From an uncultured virus (IMG/VR IMGVR_UViG_3300032820_000002) (taxonomy: Duplodnaviria > Heunggongvirae > Uroviricota > Caudoviricetes), in the IMG/VR virus record IMGVR_UViG_3300032820_000002: 56,658 bases of DNA. One strand, 5' to 3'. A program made the translations under genes and the position numbers. The notes beneath the pieces were generated by a model. It worked only from the letters and a program-made list of their open reading frames with translations. It did no database searches and was not told where the DNA came from. How positions within the stretch are numbered: position 1 is the first letter of the stretch; each line of letters begins with the position of its first letter. Below are positions 37,790 through 46,972 of the stretch, one piece after another.

Positions 37790-38823
37790 TGACAAAAAGA
37801 ATTTTAAAAGCATTAAAAAAGGAAGACGTTGACAGACCACCATTTTGGTTTATGCGTCAAGCAGGACGTTATTTGCCAGAATATCGAGAGATACGAAAAA
37901 AGCAAAATAACTTTTTAGACTTTTGTTTTAATTCTGAAAAAGCTGCCGAAGTATCTATGCAACCAATTAGACGTTATAAAATGGATGCTGCTATAGTATT
38001 TTCAGATATTCTTGTTGTTCCACATGCCCTTGGACAATCAGTTAAATTTGTTAAAGGAGTAGGTCCTATACTAGAACCTGTTAATGAAGAAAACATTTTA
38101 TCTTCTTTGTCATTAGAAAATATTAATAATAAATTTGACCCTGTATATAATACTTTAACTAGAATTCAAAATGAACTAGATGCTAATACAGCACTTATAG
38201 GATTTGCCGGTGCTCCGTGGACTGTAGCTTTATATATGGTTGAAGGTAAAGGCGGAACTAATGCTGACAAATTACGTACTTTAACAAAAAATAATCCTTC
38301 TGCATTACAAGACTTAATTGAACTTTTGTGTAATGCAACTATAACTTATATTTTAGGACAAATAAAAGCTGGAGCAGAAATTATTCAATTATTTGATAGT
38401 TGGGCTGGTTTACTTTCAAACGAAGGTGATGAAGATTTATTTTTAGATTTAATAATTGAACCTACTAAAAAAATTATAGAAGAAGTAAAAACCGTTTATC
38501 CTAATATACCTATAATAGGTTTTCCTAAAAATGCTAATTTAATGTATAAGACATTTGCAGAAAGAACCGAAGTTGATGGATTAAGTATAGATCACGAAGT
38601 ATCTTTAGACTGGGTTGCAAACGAACTTCAACCTATTTGTACTATTCAAGGTAATTTGGATAATCGGTTAGCAGTAACAGGGGGAGATGAAATGGACTTA
38701 GCTGTAAAGAAAATTTTAGGAACATTAGGTAAAAAGCCTTTTATTTTTAATTTAGGTCATGGTATATTACCTACAACTCCTCCAGAAAACATTGGTCGGA
38801 TATCTAACTTGATAATAAATTAA
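37789..38823 (+). CDS. hemE: Uroporphyrinogen decarboxylase
   Basis: P.WFMRQAGRYLPEY, DAAIVFSDIL, LIGFAGAPWT..LY, QLFDSWAG, QGNLD, FNLGHG. Confidence 0.97.
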   Translation: MTKRILKALKKEDVDRPPFWFMRQAGRYLPEYREIRKKQNNFLDFCFNSEKAAEVSMQPIRRYKMDAAIVFSDILVVPHALGQSVKFVKGVGPILEPVNEENILSSLSLENINNKFDPVYNTLTRIQNELDANTALIGFAGAPWTVALYMVEGKGGTNADKLRTLTKNNPSALQDLIELLCNATITYILGQIKAGAEIIQLFDSWAGLLSNEGDEDLFLDLIIEPTKKIIEEVKTVYPNIPIIGFPKNANLMYKTFAERTEVDGLSIDHEVSLDWVANELQPICTIQGNLDNRLAVTGGDEMDLAVKKILGTLGKKPFIFNLGHGILPTTPPENIGRISNLIIN

Positions 38824-40173
38824 ATGTGCGGAATATTTGGAATATTTGGAAATTTAGATGCAGCTGCCAACACGGCGTTAGGACTTCATGCCCTTCAACA
38901 TAGAGGACAAGAAGGTGCAGGAATTGCGTCTTGGAATTATGGATTACATAGTTATCATGATACTGGAAGAATAGGAGAAATATTTGGGGATGAAAATATT
39001 ATATCTCAACTTCCAGGAAATACTGCTATCGGACATGTACGCTATTCTACTACAGGAGGACCTGGCCAATCAAACGTACAACCACTTAAAGCGAATTTAA
39101 ATTTTGGTGAATTCGCATTAGTCCATAACGGAGATATAACAAATTTTACACAACTAAAAGACGATCTTGTTAATAAAGGATCTTTATTTCAAACAACAGG
39201 TGATACAGAAGTTATACTTCATTTAATGGCAATGCAATCCGGATCTGCATTTGATAAATTTCAAAAAGCATTAAAACAACTAGAAGGTGCTTTTAGTATT
39301 ATTGCAATATACAATAATAAAATGGTTGTTGTAAGAGATCCTTATGGTTTCAGACCATTAGTAATGGGTAAATTAGATGATAGTTATGTTTTTGCATCAG
39401 AAACTTGTGCATTAGATATTATAGGTGCAGACTATGTACGAGAAGTAAATCCTGGAGAATTAATAATAGTTAGTGAAGAAGCAACAGCTTCATCATATCC
39501 TTTCAAAGAAAAAACAAAAAAATTCTGTGTATTTGAACATATATATTTTTCTCGTCCTGATTCTATATATGATGATGAAGTAGTATATGATGTAAGAAAA
39601 CGCATTGGTGCAGAACTTGCAAAAGAAAGTGCAGTAGAAACAGATATTGTTATTCCTGTACCCGATTCGGGCGTGCCTTCAGCGTTAGGTTATTCTCACG
39701 AATCAGGTATTCCTTTTGAAATGGGGATTACACGAAGCCATTATAGAGGTCGTACATTTATTCAACCTGAACAAAAGATACGAGACTTGGGTGTTAAATT
39801 AAAACATAATGCATTAAAAAGTATGAAGGGCAAAACTGTTACAGTAATAGATGATTCAATTGTACGAGGAACAACCGCTAAAAAGATTATTAAGATGCTA
39901 AACAAAGTAGGAGTAGAAGAAATACATGTTAGAATAGCATCTCCTGCTGTAAAATATTCATGCTATTATGGGTTAGACACTCCTACAAAAAAAGAATTAA
40001 TTGCATCACAATATACAGAGCAAGAAGTATGTGATTATATAGGTGCCACATCTTTACGTCACATTAGTATGAAAGCATTATATAAAGCAGTAGGTTCACA
40101 AAAACATTGTGATGCATGCTTTACTGGAAATTACCCAGTAAGCAAGGAGACAAGTTATGGATTTAAGTCCTGA
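38824..40173 (+). CDS. purF: Amidophosphoribosyltransferase (Fe-S type)
   Basis: MCGI, LQHRGQE, GHVRYST, HNG, CVFE.IYFSRPDS, VPDSG, IDDSIVRGTT, CYYG, CDACF. Confidence 0.97.
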   Translation: MCGIFGIFGNLDAAANTALGLHALQHRGQEGAGIASWNYGLHSYHDTGRIGEIFGDENIISQLPGNTAIGHVRYSTTGGPGQSNVQPLKANLNFGEFALVHNGDITNFTQLKDDLVNKGSLFQTTGDTEVILHLMAMQSGSAFDKFQKALKQLEGAFSIIAIYNNKMVVVRDPYGFRPLVMGKLDDSYVFASETCALDIIGADYVREVNPGELIIVSEEATASSYPFKEKTKKFCVFEHIYFSRPDSIYDDEVVYDVRKRIGAELAKESAVETDIVIPVPDSGVPSALGYSHESGIPFEMGITRSHYRGRTFIQPEQKIRDLGVKLKHNALKSMKGKTVTVIDDSIVRGTTAKKIIKMLNKVGVEEIHVRIASPAVKYSCYYGLDTPTKKELIASQYTEQEVCDYIGATSLRHISMKALYKAVGSQKHCDACFTGNYPVSKETSYGFKS

Positions 40174-40498
40174 TTTTGGAAAAATGAAAGATATAGAACT
40201 ATTAGGTTTAGTTGCTTATTGCGAGAAATGGAAGCCTGAAAAAGTATATAATATTGCACATGCAGAAGTTTTTCCTGAACACCAATTAAAAGAAGCAAGA
40301 ATGCCATTTGATAGATGGTTCGAAAAAACTGATCAAACGTTACCCCCAATAGTTCGACAAGAATTAATTCGAGCAGCAGAAATTAATCTTAAAGCAGGAA
40401 GAATGTCTAAATTAGAAGCTGCATATATGAGTACATCTATTTTTCGTAATTGGTATTTTTGGTTTTTTATACTTTCAATTATATGGTGGTGGTTATAA
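40157..40498 (+). CDS. Hypothetical protein with C-terminal membrane anchor
   Basis: AAGGAG RBS; WYFWFFILSIIWWWL end. Confidence 0.7.
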   Translation: MDLSPDFGKMKDIELLGLVAYCEKWKPEKVYNIAHAEVFPEHQLKEARMPFDRWFEKTDQTLPPIVRQELIRAAEINLKAGRMSKLEAAYMSTSIFRNWYFWFFILSIIWWWL

Positions 40499-40502
40499 TA
40501 AA

Positions 40503-41333
40503 ATGACATTATGGATTTTAGGTGATAGTTTTTGTGTAGATTCGGAATTAATAAATCCTGCACCTGTTATATGGCAATGGCACAGGGTCTTAACTAACAA
40601 CTTAAAAATAAAAAATATAAAAGTAATAGCAGAGTTTGGCTCTAGTAATGAGTATATAATAATGTGTTTAATCAACGTTATGAAAGAAGCAAAAGAAAAT
40701 GATATTATAATTGTTCAAACTACAGAGTCTCATCGATATTGGTTTTTAGAAAACCATCCTTGGTATTCAAATATTTATGGAATGATTGATAAAGATAAAA
40801 CATTTAATGGATTAATTAATAAAAATGAAGTTAAAGCTGTAGAATTATATTATAAACATATCCAAAACGAAGAAAAAGATAAGTTAAGACTAGATAGTTA
40901 TTATGCATTATTAAATGAATTTAATAAAAATCTTGCAAAAAGAAATATTAAAATGTATGTTTTACCTGGATTTCAAATGCCTCATTACTTTACTATAAAT
41001 GGATATAATGTTAAAGGAACATTAAATGATATAAGTGTTTCAGAGTTTACTTCAGATAAAGAAGGAGAAGAATGGTTTATTAAAAACCAAGAACCTGATC
41101 GACGTTTAAATCATATGACAAAAGACAATCATATAATATTAGCTGATAAGTTATATGAAACAATTAAATATAAAAAAGATTTAGATTTAACAAGTGGCTT
41201 TAGACAACGATTTCTTAATTTATTAACAGGAAATATGTTTAAAGGTCAATTAAATCCAACTCCAATAGGAAAAGTTTCAGCAGCTGGTACTGGTATGCAA
41301 CACAGGATTAAAGATGAAAACAATTATTTGTGA
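40503..41333 (+). CDS. SGNH/GDSL-like protein
   Basis: ILGDSF, G.SN, T...R, R.NH. Confidence 0.6.
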   Translation: MTLWILGDSFCVDSELINPAPVIWQWHRVLTNNLKIKNIKVIAEFGSSNEYIIMCLINVMKEAKENDIIIVQTTESHRYWFLENHPWYSNIYGMIDKDKTFNGLINKNEVKAVELYYKHIQNEEKDKLRLDSYYALLNEFNKNLAKRNIKMYVLPGFQMPHYFTINGYNVKGTLNDISVSEFTSDKEGEEWFIKNQEPDRRLNHMTKDNHIILADKLYETIKYKKDLDLTSGFRQRFLNLLTGNMFKGQLNPTPIGKVSAAGTGMQHRIKDENNYL

Positions 41334-41694
41334 TATCGACGGTACAATAGTAAAATACATGGGTGGTGAAGGTCACACTGCTGTAGCTCATAAAGAACAC
41401 GAAGCGTTGCCTGGAGTTGTACATAGAATAAGAGAGTGGGAGAAGAAAGGACATAGAATTATTTTAATAACTGGTAGACGTGAAAGTGTTAGAAAAAGAA
41501 CTGAAGAAGAATTAGTTAGATTAGGTATACCATTTGATATTTTATTAATGGGGTATGCTGACGCCGGAAGAATACTTATTAATGATAAAGGATCGGGTGG
41601 AAAAATAAAGGCTCATGCTGTTGTTTTAGAACGCGACGAAGGATGGGAGAAAATAGACTGGGACGCAGTAGGACTAGGGGACATAACTTACTAG
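41314..41694 (+). CDS. HAD-family phosphatase (PNKP 3'-phosphatase-like)
   Basis: CDIDGT, ITGR, INDK. Confidence 0.85.
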   Translation: MKTIICDIDGTIVKYMGGEGHTAVAHKEHEALPGVVHRIREWEKKGHRIILITGRRESVRKRTEEELVRLGIPFDILLMGYADAGRILINDKGSGGKIKAHAVVLERDEGWEKIDWDAVGLGDITY

Positions 41695-41710
41695 AAACAA
41701 AGGAGGTCCG

Positions 41711-41779
41711 ATGATGGAAAATAAAAATAGAGACAAACCTAAAAAAGAAAAAAAGAAACCTAAAAAAGAAAAAAAATAA
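41711..41779 (+). CDS. 22-aa Lys-rich micropeptide
   Basis: AAGGAGGT RBS; MMENKNRDKPKKEKKKPKKEKK. Confidence 0.5.
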   Translation: MMENKNRDKPKKEKKKPKKEKK

Positions 41780-41801
41780 TCCACAGTAGCTCAGGGGCAG
41801 A
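41780..41801 (+). pseudogene. tRNA 5' remnant (Asn-like)
   Basis: TCCACAGTAGCTCAGGGGCAGA matches acceptor 5' strand plus D-arm start; no anticodon or T arm follows. Confidence 0.5.
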
Positions 41802-42881
41802 ATGGAAAATCAAATAACAATAGTAGGTGGAGGGATAATCGGTTCTGCAACTGCATATTTTCTCTCTTTAGAAAAAAATATATCTGTTAAAGTATTAGAA
41901 CGTGATCCTACATATACTAATGCATCTTTTGCAAGATCGTGTGGAGGCTTTAGACATCAATTTGTTACTAAAGAAAATATTTTATTAGGAAAGTTTGGAA
42001 GTGAATTTGTAAAAAAATTTAATACAGATGTACAATGGACACCTAATGGTTACTTACTATTATTTAATGAAGAACAAGCAGACCAACAACGACTAGCTAT
42101 TGAAGAACAATGGAGACACGATGCACCTTCAATATTATTAACAGGTGATAAATTAACAGAAGTTTTTCCTTGGTTAAATTCGGATGGCATAGCTGTTGCA
42201 TCTTATACAGATACAAAAGTAGAAGGTTGGCTAGATCCACATAGTTTACAAAAAGCATTTAAGCAAGAAGCAATTAATAATGGTGTAAACTTTATTAAAG
42301 AAGATGTAAAAAATCTCGATAATTTATCTGATATTATTGTTGTTACAGCAGGATGTTGGACTAAAGAATTATTACCAGATATGCCCGTTGTTCCTCAAAA
42401 ACATACAGTGTTTAATGTAAAAACTCCAACACATATTCCCCAAATGCCTCTTGTGGGCGATTTCACATCAGAAATATATTGGCGCCCTGAAGGAGATGGG
42501 TATATTGTTGCTTCGCCTGTTGGGAGATTTGACCAAACAGATTTAGAACCCGATTGGAATGATTTTGAAAACCTTATATGGGAGAAACTAGCAATGAGAG
42601 CTCCTTTATTTGAAGAAGTTAAAGTAACTAGTGCTTGGGCAGGATATTATGATACTAATCAAACTGATAACAATGCTATTATAGGAAAACACCCTAAGCT
42701 AGACAACGTATATCTAGCATCTGGATTTACTGGACGAGGAGTAATGCAAGCACCGGGTGTAGGAAGAGGATTAACTGAATTAATTACTACAGGTCAATAC
42801 CAAACTATAGATTTGTCATGTTTTGATCCGCAAAGACTAGTTGTCTATGACCGTAACTTCTACGAGCCATATGTGTTATAA
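41802..42881 (+). CDS. FAD-dependent oxidoreductase (DAO/FOXRED1-like)
   Basis: IVGGGIIG, ERDP.Y...S..RS.GG.R.QF, EGW.DP, WAGYYD....D.NAIIG.HP, GF.G.G..QAP.VG. Confidence 0.88.
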   Translation: MENQITIVGGGIIGSATAYFLSLEKNISVKVLERDPTYTNASFARSCGGFRHQFVTKENILLGKFGSEFVKKFNTDVQWTPNGYLLLFNEEQADQQRLAIEEQWRHDAPSILLTGDKLTEVFPWLNSDGIAVASYTDTKVEGWLDPHSLQKAFKQEAINNGVNFIKEDVKNLDNLSDIIVVTAGCWTKELLPDMPVVPQKHTVFNVKTPTHIPQMPLVGDFTSEIYWRPEGDGYIVASPVGRFDQTDLEPDWNDFENLIWEKLAMRAPLFEEVKVTSAWAGYYDTNQTDNNAIIGKHPKLDNVYLASGFTGRGVMQAPGVGRGLTELITTGQYQTIDLSCFDPQRLVVYDRNFYEPYVL

Positions 42882-42900
42882 TAACTAGGTAAATACGTAT

Positions 42901-44088
42901 ATGAAAGCGGCAGAATTCATTACAGAAGATAAAGAAACTGTAAATACTGAAGAATTTAAACAAATTTTATCAACAGGTGTACTAACACTTGGAAAATTAT
43001 TTAATAAAAATCATTTTGAATTACGAATAGTAGGTGGTGCAGTTCGTGACCTATTACTTAATAACTTGCCCAAAGATATCGATCTAGCATCTGATGCAAC
43101 ACCAAACGAAATGATTGAAATATTTGAAAAAAATAAAATTAAGTATATACCTACTGGCTTAGAACACGGAACAGTAACAGTAGTTATAAAAGGCGAACAA
43201 CTAGAAATTACAACGCTACGAGCCGATACAGAACACACTGGCAGACATGCTACTGTTAATTTTATTCGTAATTGGAAAGAAGATGCTAGACGTCGAGACT
43301 TAACATATAATGCTATGTCTTTAGATTTTAATGGGACGCTATATGATTATTTTGATGGAGTTAAAGACTTACAAAATAAAGTAAGTAAATTTGTAGGTGA
43401 TCCTGAAAAACGTATTCAAGAGGACTATTTAAGAATTTTACGTTACTTTAGATTCCAAGGTAGAATGGATACTCCTACTTGGGATAAAGAAACATTAACC
43501 TCTATAAAAGATAATGCAAGTGGCTTAAAACAAATTTCAGGTGAGCGTGTATGGATGGAACTACAAAAAATACTTTTAGGAAAAAACGTAAAAGAAGTAT
43601 TATCATATTTAGAAAAAACAGGAGTATCTAATTATATAAACCTACCAATGGCTAACATTGCTCTAGCTGAAAAATTGAGTACTATGAACAGTCCTATTAT
43701 TCCTTTAGCAAGTTTGATGAATAATGTAAACGATGCAGAGAAAGTTATTGCTGCTTGGAAATTATCAAATGCAGAAAAGCTATTCTTAGTTTTTCTTACT
43801 ACAAATAAAGATACTGAATTAACTCAAGATACTGCTGAAAATTTTGTAGTAGATGGTGATCATCCTTATTTTGTGTATTCATTAGCAATGTTACAAAACA
43901 AAGAAGATATTGCAAGTAAAATTAAAAACTTTCAAAAACCTGAATTCCCAGTTGCTGGTCAAGATTTAGTAGACAAAGGAATGAAGCCCGGACCCGAAAT
44001 TGGACAAACCCTAGAAAAATTACGGGATATTTGGAAATTAGAAAAATATAAACTAGGGAAGGAAGATTTATTAAATAAGATTAGCTAA
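42901..44088 (+). CDS. cca: tRNA nucleotidyltransferase (CCA-adding enzyme, class II)
   Basis: [47 protein letters not shown]. Confidence 0.93.
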   Translation: MKAAEFITEDKETVNTEEFKQILSTGVLTLGKLFNKNHFELRIVGGAVRDLLLNNLPKDIDLASDATPNEMIEIFEKNKIKYIPTGLEHGTVTVVIKGEQLEITTLRADTEHTGRHATVNFIRNWKEDARRRDLTYNAMSLDFNGTLYDYFDGVKDLQNKVSKFVGDPEKRIQEDYLRILRYFRFQGRMDTPTWDKETLTSIKDNASGLKQISGERVWMELQKILLGKNVKEVLSYLEKTGVSNYINLPMANIALAEKLSTMNSPIIPLASLMNNVNDAEKVIAAWKLSNAEKLFLVFLTTNKDTELTQDTAENFVVDGDHPYFVYSLAMLQNKEDIASKIKNFQKPEFPVAGQDLVDKGMKPGPEIGQTLEKLRDIWKLEKYKLGKEDLLNKIS

Positions 44089-44108
44089 ACTGTATCAGGA
44101 GAATTACA

Positions 44109-44369
44109 ATGACAACTAGTATAGAAGATAGAGTAAAAAAAATTATCGTAAAACAACTAGATGTACAAAAAGAACAAATTACAGAAGATTTAGAATTTGT
44201 TATGGATTTAGGAGCTGATTCGCTCGATACAGTAGAATTAGTAATAAATATTGAAGAAGAGTTTAATATAGAGATTTCGGACAATGAAGCTGAAAAAATT
44301 ATTACAGTTAAAGACGCTATTACATTTGTTAACAAATATTTAGATAGAAAAAACGAGGTATTAAAATAA
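44109..44369 (+). CDS. acpP: Acyl carrier protein
   Basis: [13 protein letters not shown]...EEEF.IEI.D..AEKI.TV.DA. Confidence 0.95.
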   Translation: MTTSIEDRVKKIIVKQLDVQKEQITEDLEFVMDLGADSLDTVELVINIEEEFNIEISDNEAEKIITVKDAITFVNKYLDRKNEVLK

Positions 44370-45532
44370 TGGTCAAAATAAAATATATTTTAGGAGTTGT
44401 TATAGTATTAGGACTACTATTACCTTCTACAGCAATAAGAGCAACAAGTAATGTAACTGAGGTTCCTTATGCTGTAACTTCTGATACATATATTGATTTA
44501 TATAAAAATGTAATAGACTCTGTTGTAACAATTATTGTAGAAGCAGAGGGAGAACGCATTGGTGGCATTTTAAAAGACTTACCTCCCAATTCTCCGTTTA
44601 ATCAATTATTTAAAGATAAAACAGAACCACTTGTTCCTCGATCAATTGGTAAGGGGAGTGGATTTATAATTTCAAGTGAAGGATTAATATACACTAATCA
44701 TCATGTTATATTTGGAGGTAAAGACCGAGATCCAAAAATGAAACTTTCTGATATTATAGTTGTTTGGCATGATCAGAAATATCGAAAAGCAACACTTGTT
44801 GCTTCTGACAAAATGGCAGATATAGCAATTTTACAAATTGAGAGAGAAGGCGACGAAACATTTAAAGCACTGCCATTAGGGGATAGTTCTAAAGTTAAAC
44901 CAGGGACAATGGTTGCGTCAATTGGGTCTCCTTTAGACCATCCATTTAGTATTACATCAGGAATTATTAGTGGTATAGATCGATCTGTTGGAAAAGGCGT
45001 ATGGGTTACAATGTTACAAACAGATGCTGTTATTAACAAAGGCAATAGTGGTGGACCTCTTTTTAATTTAAAGGGTGAAGTTATAGGAATGAATACACAA
45101 ATTATTTCCCCTTCCGGATTTTTTATTGGTATAGGATATGCGCTTCCTTCTAATGTTATTCAAAAAGTTGCTAACAAACTTTTAAACGAGGGTGAAGTAA
45201 TTCGTCCATGGATCGGGGTACAACTTTCTGATTTAAATGACGAGTCTAAAGAAAAGTTTGATATAGATGCTGAAACAAAAGTAATTGTATTTTTAAGTCT
45301 TGCTCCAAGCGGTCCTGCAGGTAAAGCAGGATTTCAACCATATGATATGATCCTTAAAGTAAATGGTGTAGAAATAGATACTGAAACGTTAGTAAATATA
45401 ATTGCAGATAGTAAACCAGGTGATGAAATTAAATGTTTAGTTAGACGAGTAACTGATTTTGAAAAAGGAACTTATGAAGATATTGAAATAATTCTAACTG
45501 TTGGTAAAATGGCTGACGGAGATATGGGATAA
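44369..45532 (+). CDS. DegP/HtrA serine protease with one PDZ domain and N-terminal signal/TM
   Basis: GSGFII, TNHHV, DIAIL, QTDA.IN.GNSGGPL, GPA.KAG. Confidence 0.93.
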   Translation: MVKIKYILGVVIVLGLLLPSTAIRATSNVTEVPYAVTSDTYIDLYKNVIDSVVTIIVEAEGERIGGILKDLPPNSPFNQLFKDKTEPLVPRSIGKGSGFIISSEGLIYTNHHVIFGGKDRDPKMKLSDIIVVWHDQKYRKATLVASDKMADIAILQIEREGDETFKALPLGDSSKVKPGTMVASIGSPLDHPFSITSGIISGIDRSVGKGVWVTMLQTDAVINKGNSGGPLFNLKGEVIGMNTQIISPSGFFIGIGYALPSNVIQKVANKLLNEGEVIRPWIGVQLSDLNDESKEKFDIDAETKVIVFLSLAPSGPAGKAGFQPYDMILKVNGVEIDTETLVNIIADSKPGDEIKCLVRRVTDFEKGTYEDIEIILTVGKMADGDMG

Positions 45533-45826
45533 TTAATCTAAATATTCTACTGTATAATCTTTTGAGTCGGAAAGTAATATCATAGCATATGTTCGATCAC
45601 GTTCTGAATTTAATACTATAGTATCATCATCAACTTGATTACAATCTATATTACGCAAAAATAATTCTATACAAGCACTAGCTGTTATATTATCTTTCTT
45701 TGTGCTTATAATATGTTCTAGCTCGTCCATAATTTTAAGCCCCTTCCAATACTTAGCTACTGCTTTTTCATTATATTTTTTATATTGTTCAGAATAATTT
45801 AATAAAATAGAATAGGAATTTGACAT
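45533..45826 (-). CDS. Hypothetical protein
   Basis: 97 aa, abuts both neighbours. Confidence 0.65.
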   Translation of the reverse strand: MSNSYSILLNYSEQYKKYNEKAVAKYWKGLKIMDELEHIISTKKDNITASACIELFLRNIDCNQVDDDTIVLNSERDRTYAMILLSDSKDYTVEYLD

Positions 45827-46432
45827 TTAGGGTTTTGGATAATAAGACTCTATAGCATCCCATCGGTTACGAGTAGGATTATCTTTTACTGCTAATTCTA
45901 ACATTTTCTCTGCATCCCAGCCTGCAGGTTTTCCAAACTTACCTACACTTCCACTATTTCCAATAGCCATTATTATAGCATAATCTCGTTTGGTATTAAA
46001 TTCTCCATAGCGCCTGGCTCTTGATATCTTTTTACTAAAAGTAGCAGTTAATGCTTCATCTTGTATAGGTATACTATATTCTGAACGAAGGAAATCGTAC
46101 ATACCTTTCCTCCAAGCTGTGTGACTGTATTCATTCTCGGCAGTGTGTTTTCCAATATCTTTTAAATGTTGTATTGTTGTAATACTACCACCCCAATATT
46201 TACTAACCATATTATCTGTCATTCGATTATATATTTCGGCTTTTTTATATTTAGGAGTCCAATGAAGTATTCCAATTGCTGTTTTTCCAACAGAATCGAC
46301 AAACATATCTACATATCTTTTAGACGGTTTGGACGCCCAAGTTCTAGCAATAACATTATGACAAATTTCTACAAGAACACCTTGTGATGTTGGCACTACT
46401 ACTTGTTCATTTATTTCTCTGACAGATACCAT
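45827..46432 (-). CDS. Hypothetical protein (weak lysozyme-like hint)
   Basis: 201 aa; AIGILHWT; N-terminus MVSVREINE. Confidence 0.65.
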   Translation of the reverse strand: MVSVREINEQVVVPTSQGVLVEICHNVIARTWASKPSKRYVDMFVDSVGKTAIGILHWTPKYKKAEIYNRMTDNMVSKYWGGSITTIQHLKDIGKHTAENEYSHTAWRKGMYDFLRSEYSIPIQDEALTATFSKKISRARRYGEFNTKRDYAIIMAIGNSGSVGKFGKPAGWDAEKMLELAVKDNPTRNRWDAIESYYPKP

Positions 46433-46956
46433 ATTGTATATCCTATACCCGTACCAACTCCAGCTAAAATCAACACATTAAAAGTTTCCTTAAATATCCT
46501 TTTCCGTCTTTTTGCACTAGCTTTTGCTTTTTCTTTTGCAAGTGTTTTTGCTTTATCCCTTCTTTTCTCTAATTCTTTTATTCTTTGATTACGCATTATA
46601 ATAATATCGTTCCAAGTATTACGCCCAAATTTTTTATTAACAACCATCCTCATTTGGGCTATTTCTCTTTCAACTTGCTTTTTTTCAATTACTTCTGCGG
46701 CTACCTCTTGTAATGATGTACCATCACCTGTTTCTTTGACACTCGAAAATCTTAAACGTAAAAAGTTTTGCCACTGGCCCGCTCGACCTTTTTTCTGAAC
46801 AACCGTTGCTTTTTTTTCTACTTGTTCTGCACCTGTTAACAGGTCATCTATGCTTCCAGCAATATCTTTTATATCTTTTGCAGTATCTATAGACTTTTTA
46901 ATTCCCTTTACTGCACTACTAACAAGAGCTATGCCTGCTAATACTTCTGCTACCAT
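46411..46956 (-). CDS. Hypothetical membrane-associated coiled-coil protein
   Basis: AAGGAG RBS; hydrophobic N- and C-termini. Confidence 0.75.
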   Translation of the reverse strand: MVAEVLAGIALVSSAVKGIKKSIDTAKDIKDIAGSIDDLLTGAEQVEKKATVVQKKGRAGQWQNFLRLRFSSVKETGDGTSLQEVAAEVIEKKQVEREIAQMRMVVNKKFGRNTWNDIIIMRNQRIKELEKRRDKAKTLAKEKAKASAKRRKRIFKETFNVLILAGVGTGIGYTIWYLSEK

Positions 46957-46972
46957 GCTCCTTTCCTTCTAC

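Noticed and set aside
36491..45532. Host chromosome flank or prophage boundary
   Set aside because: Genes are unlinked in bacteria, interleaved with phage-type genes and motifs, and match phage composition; no integrase or att site
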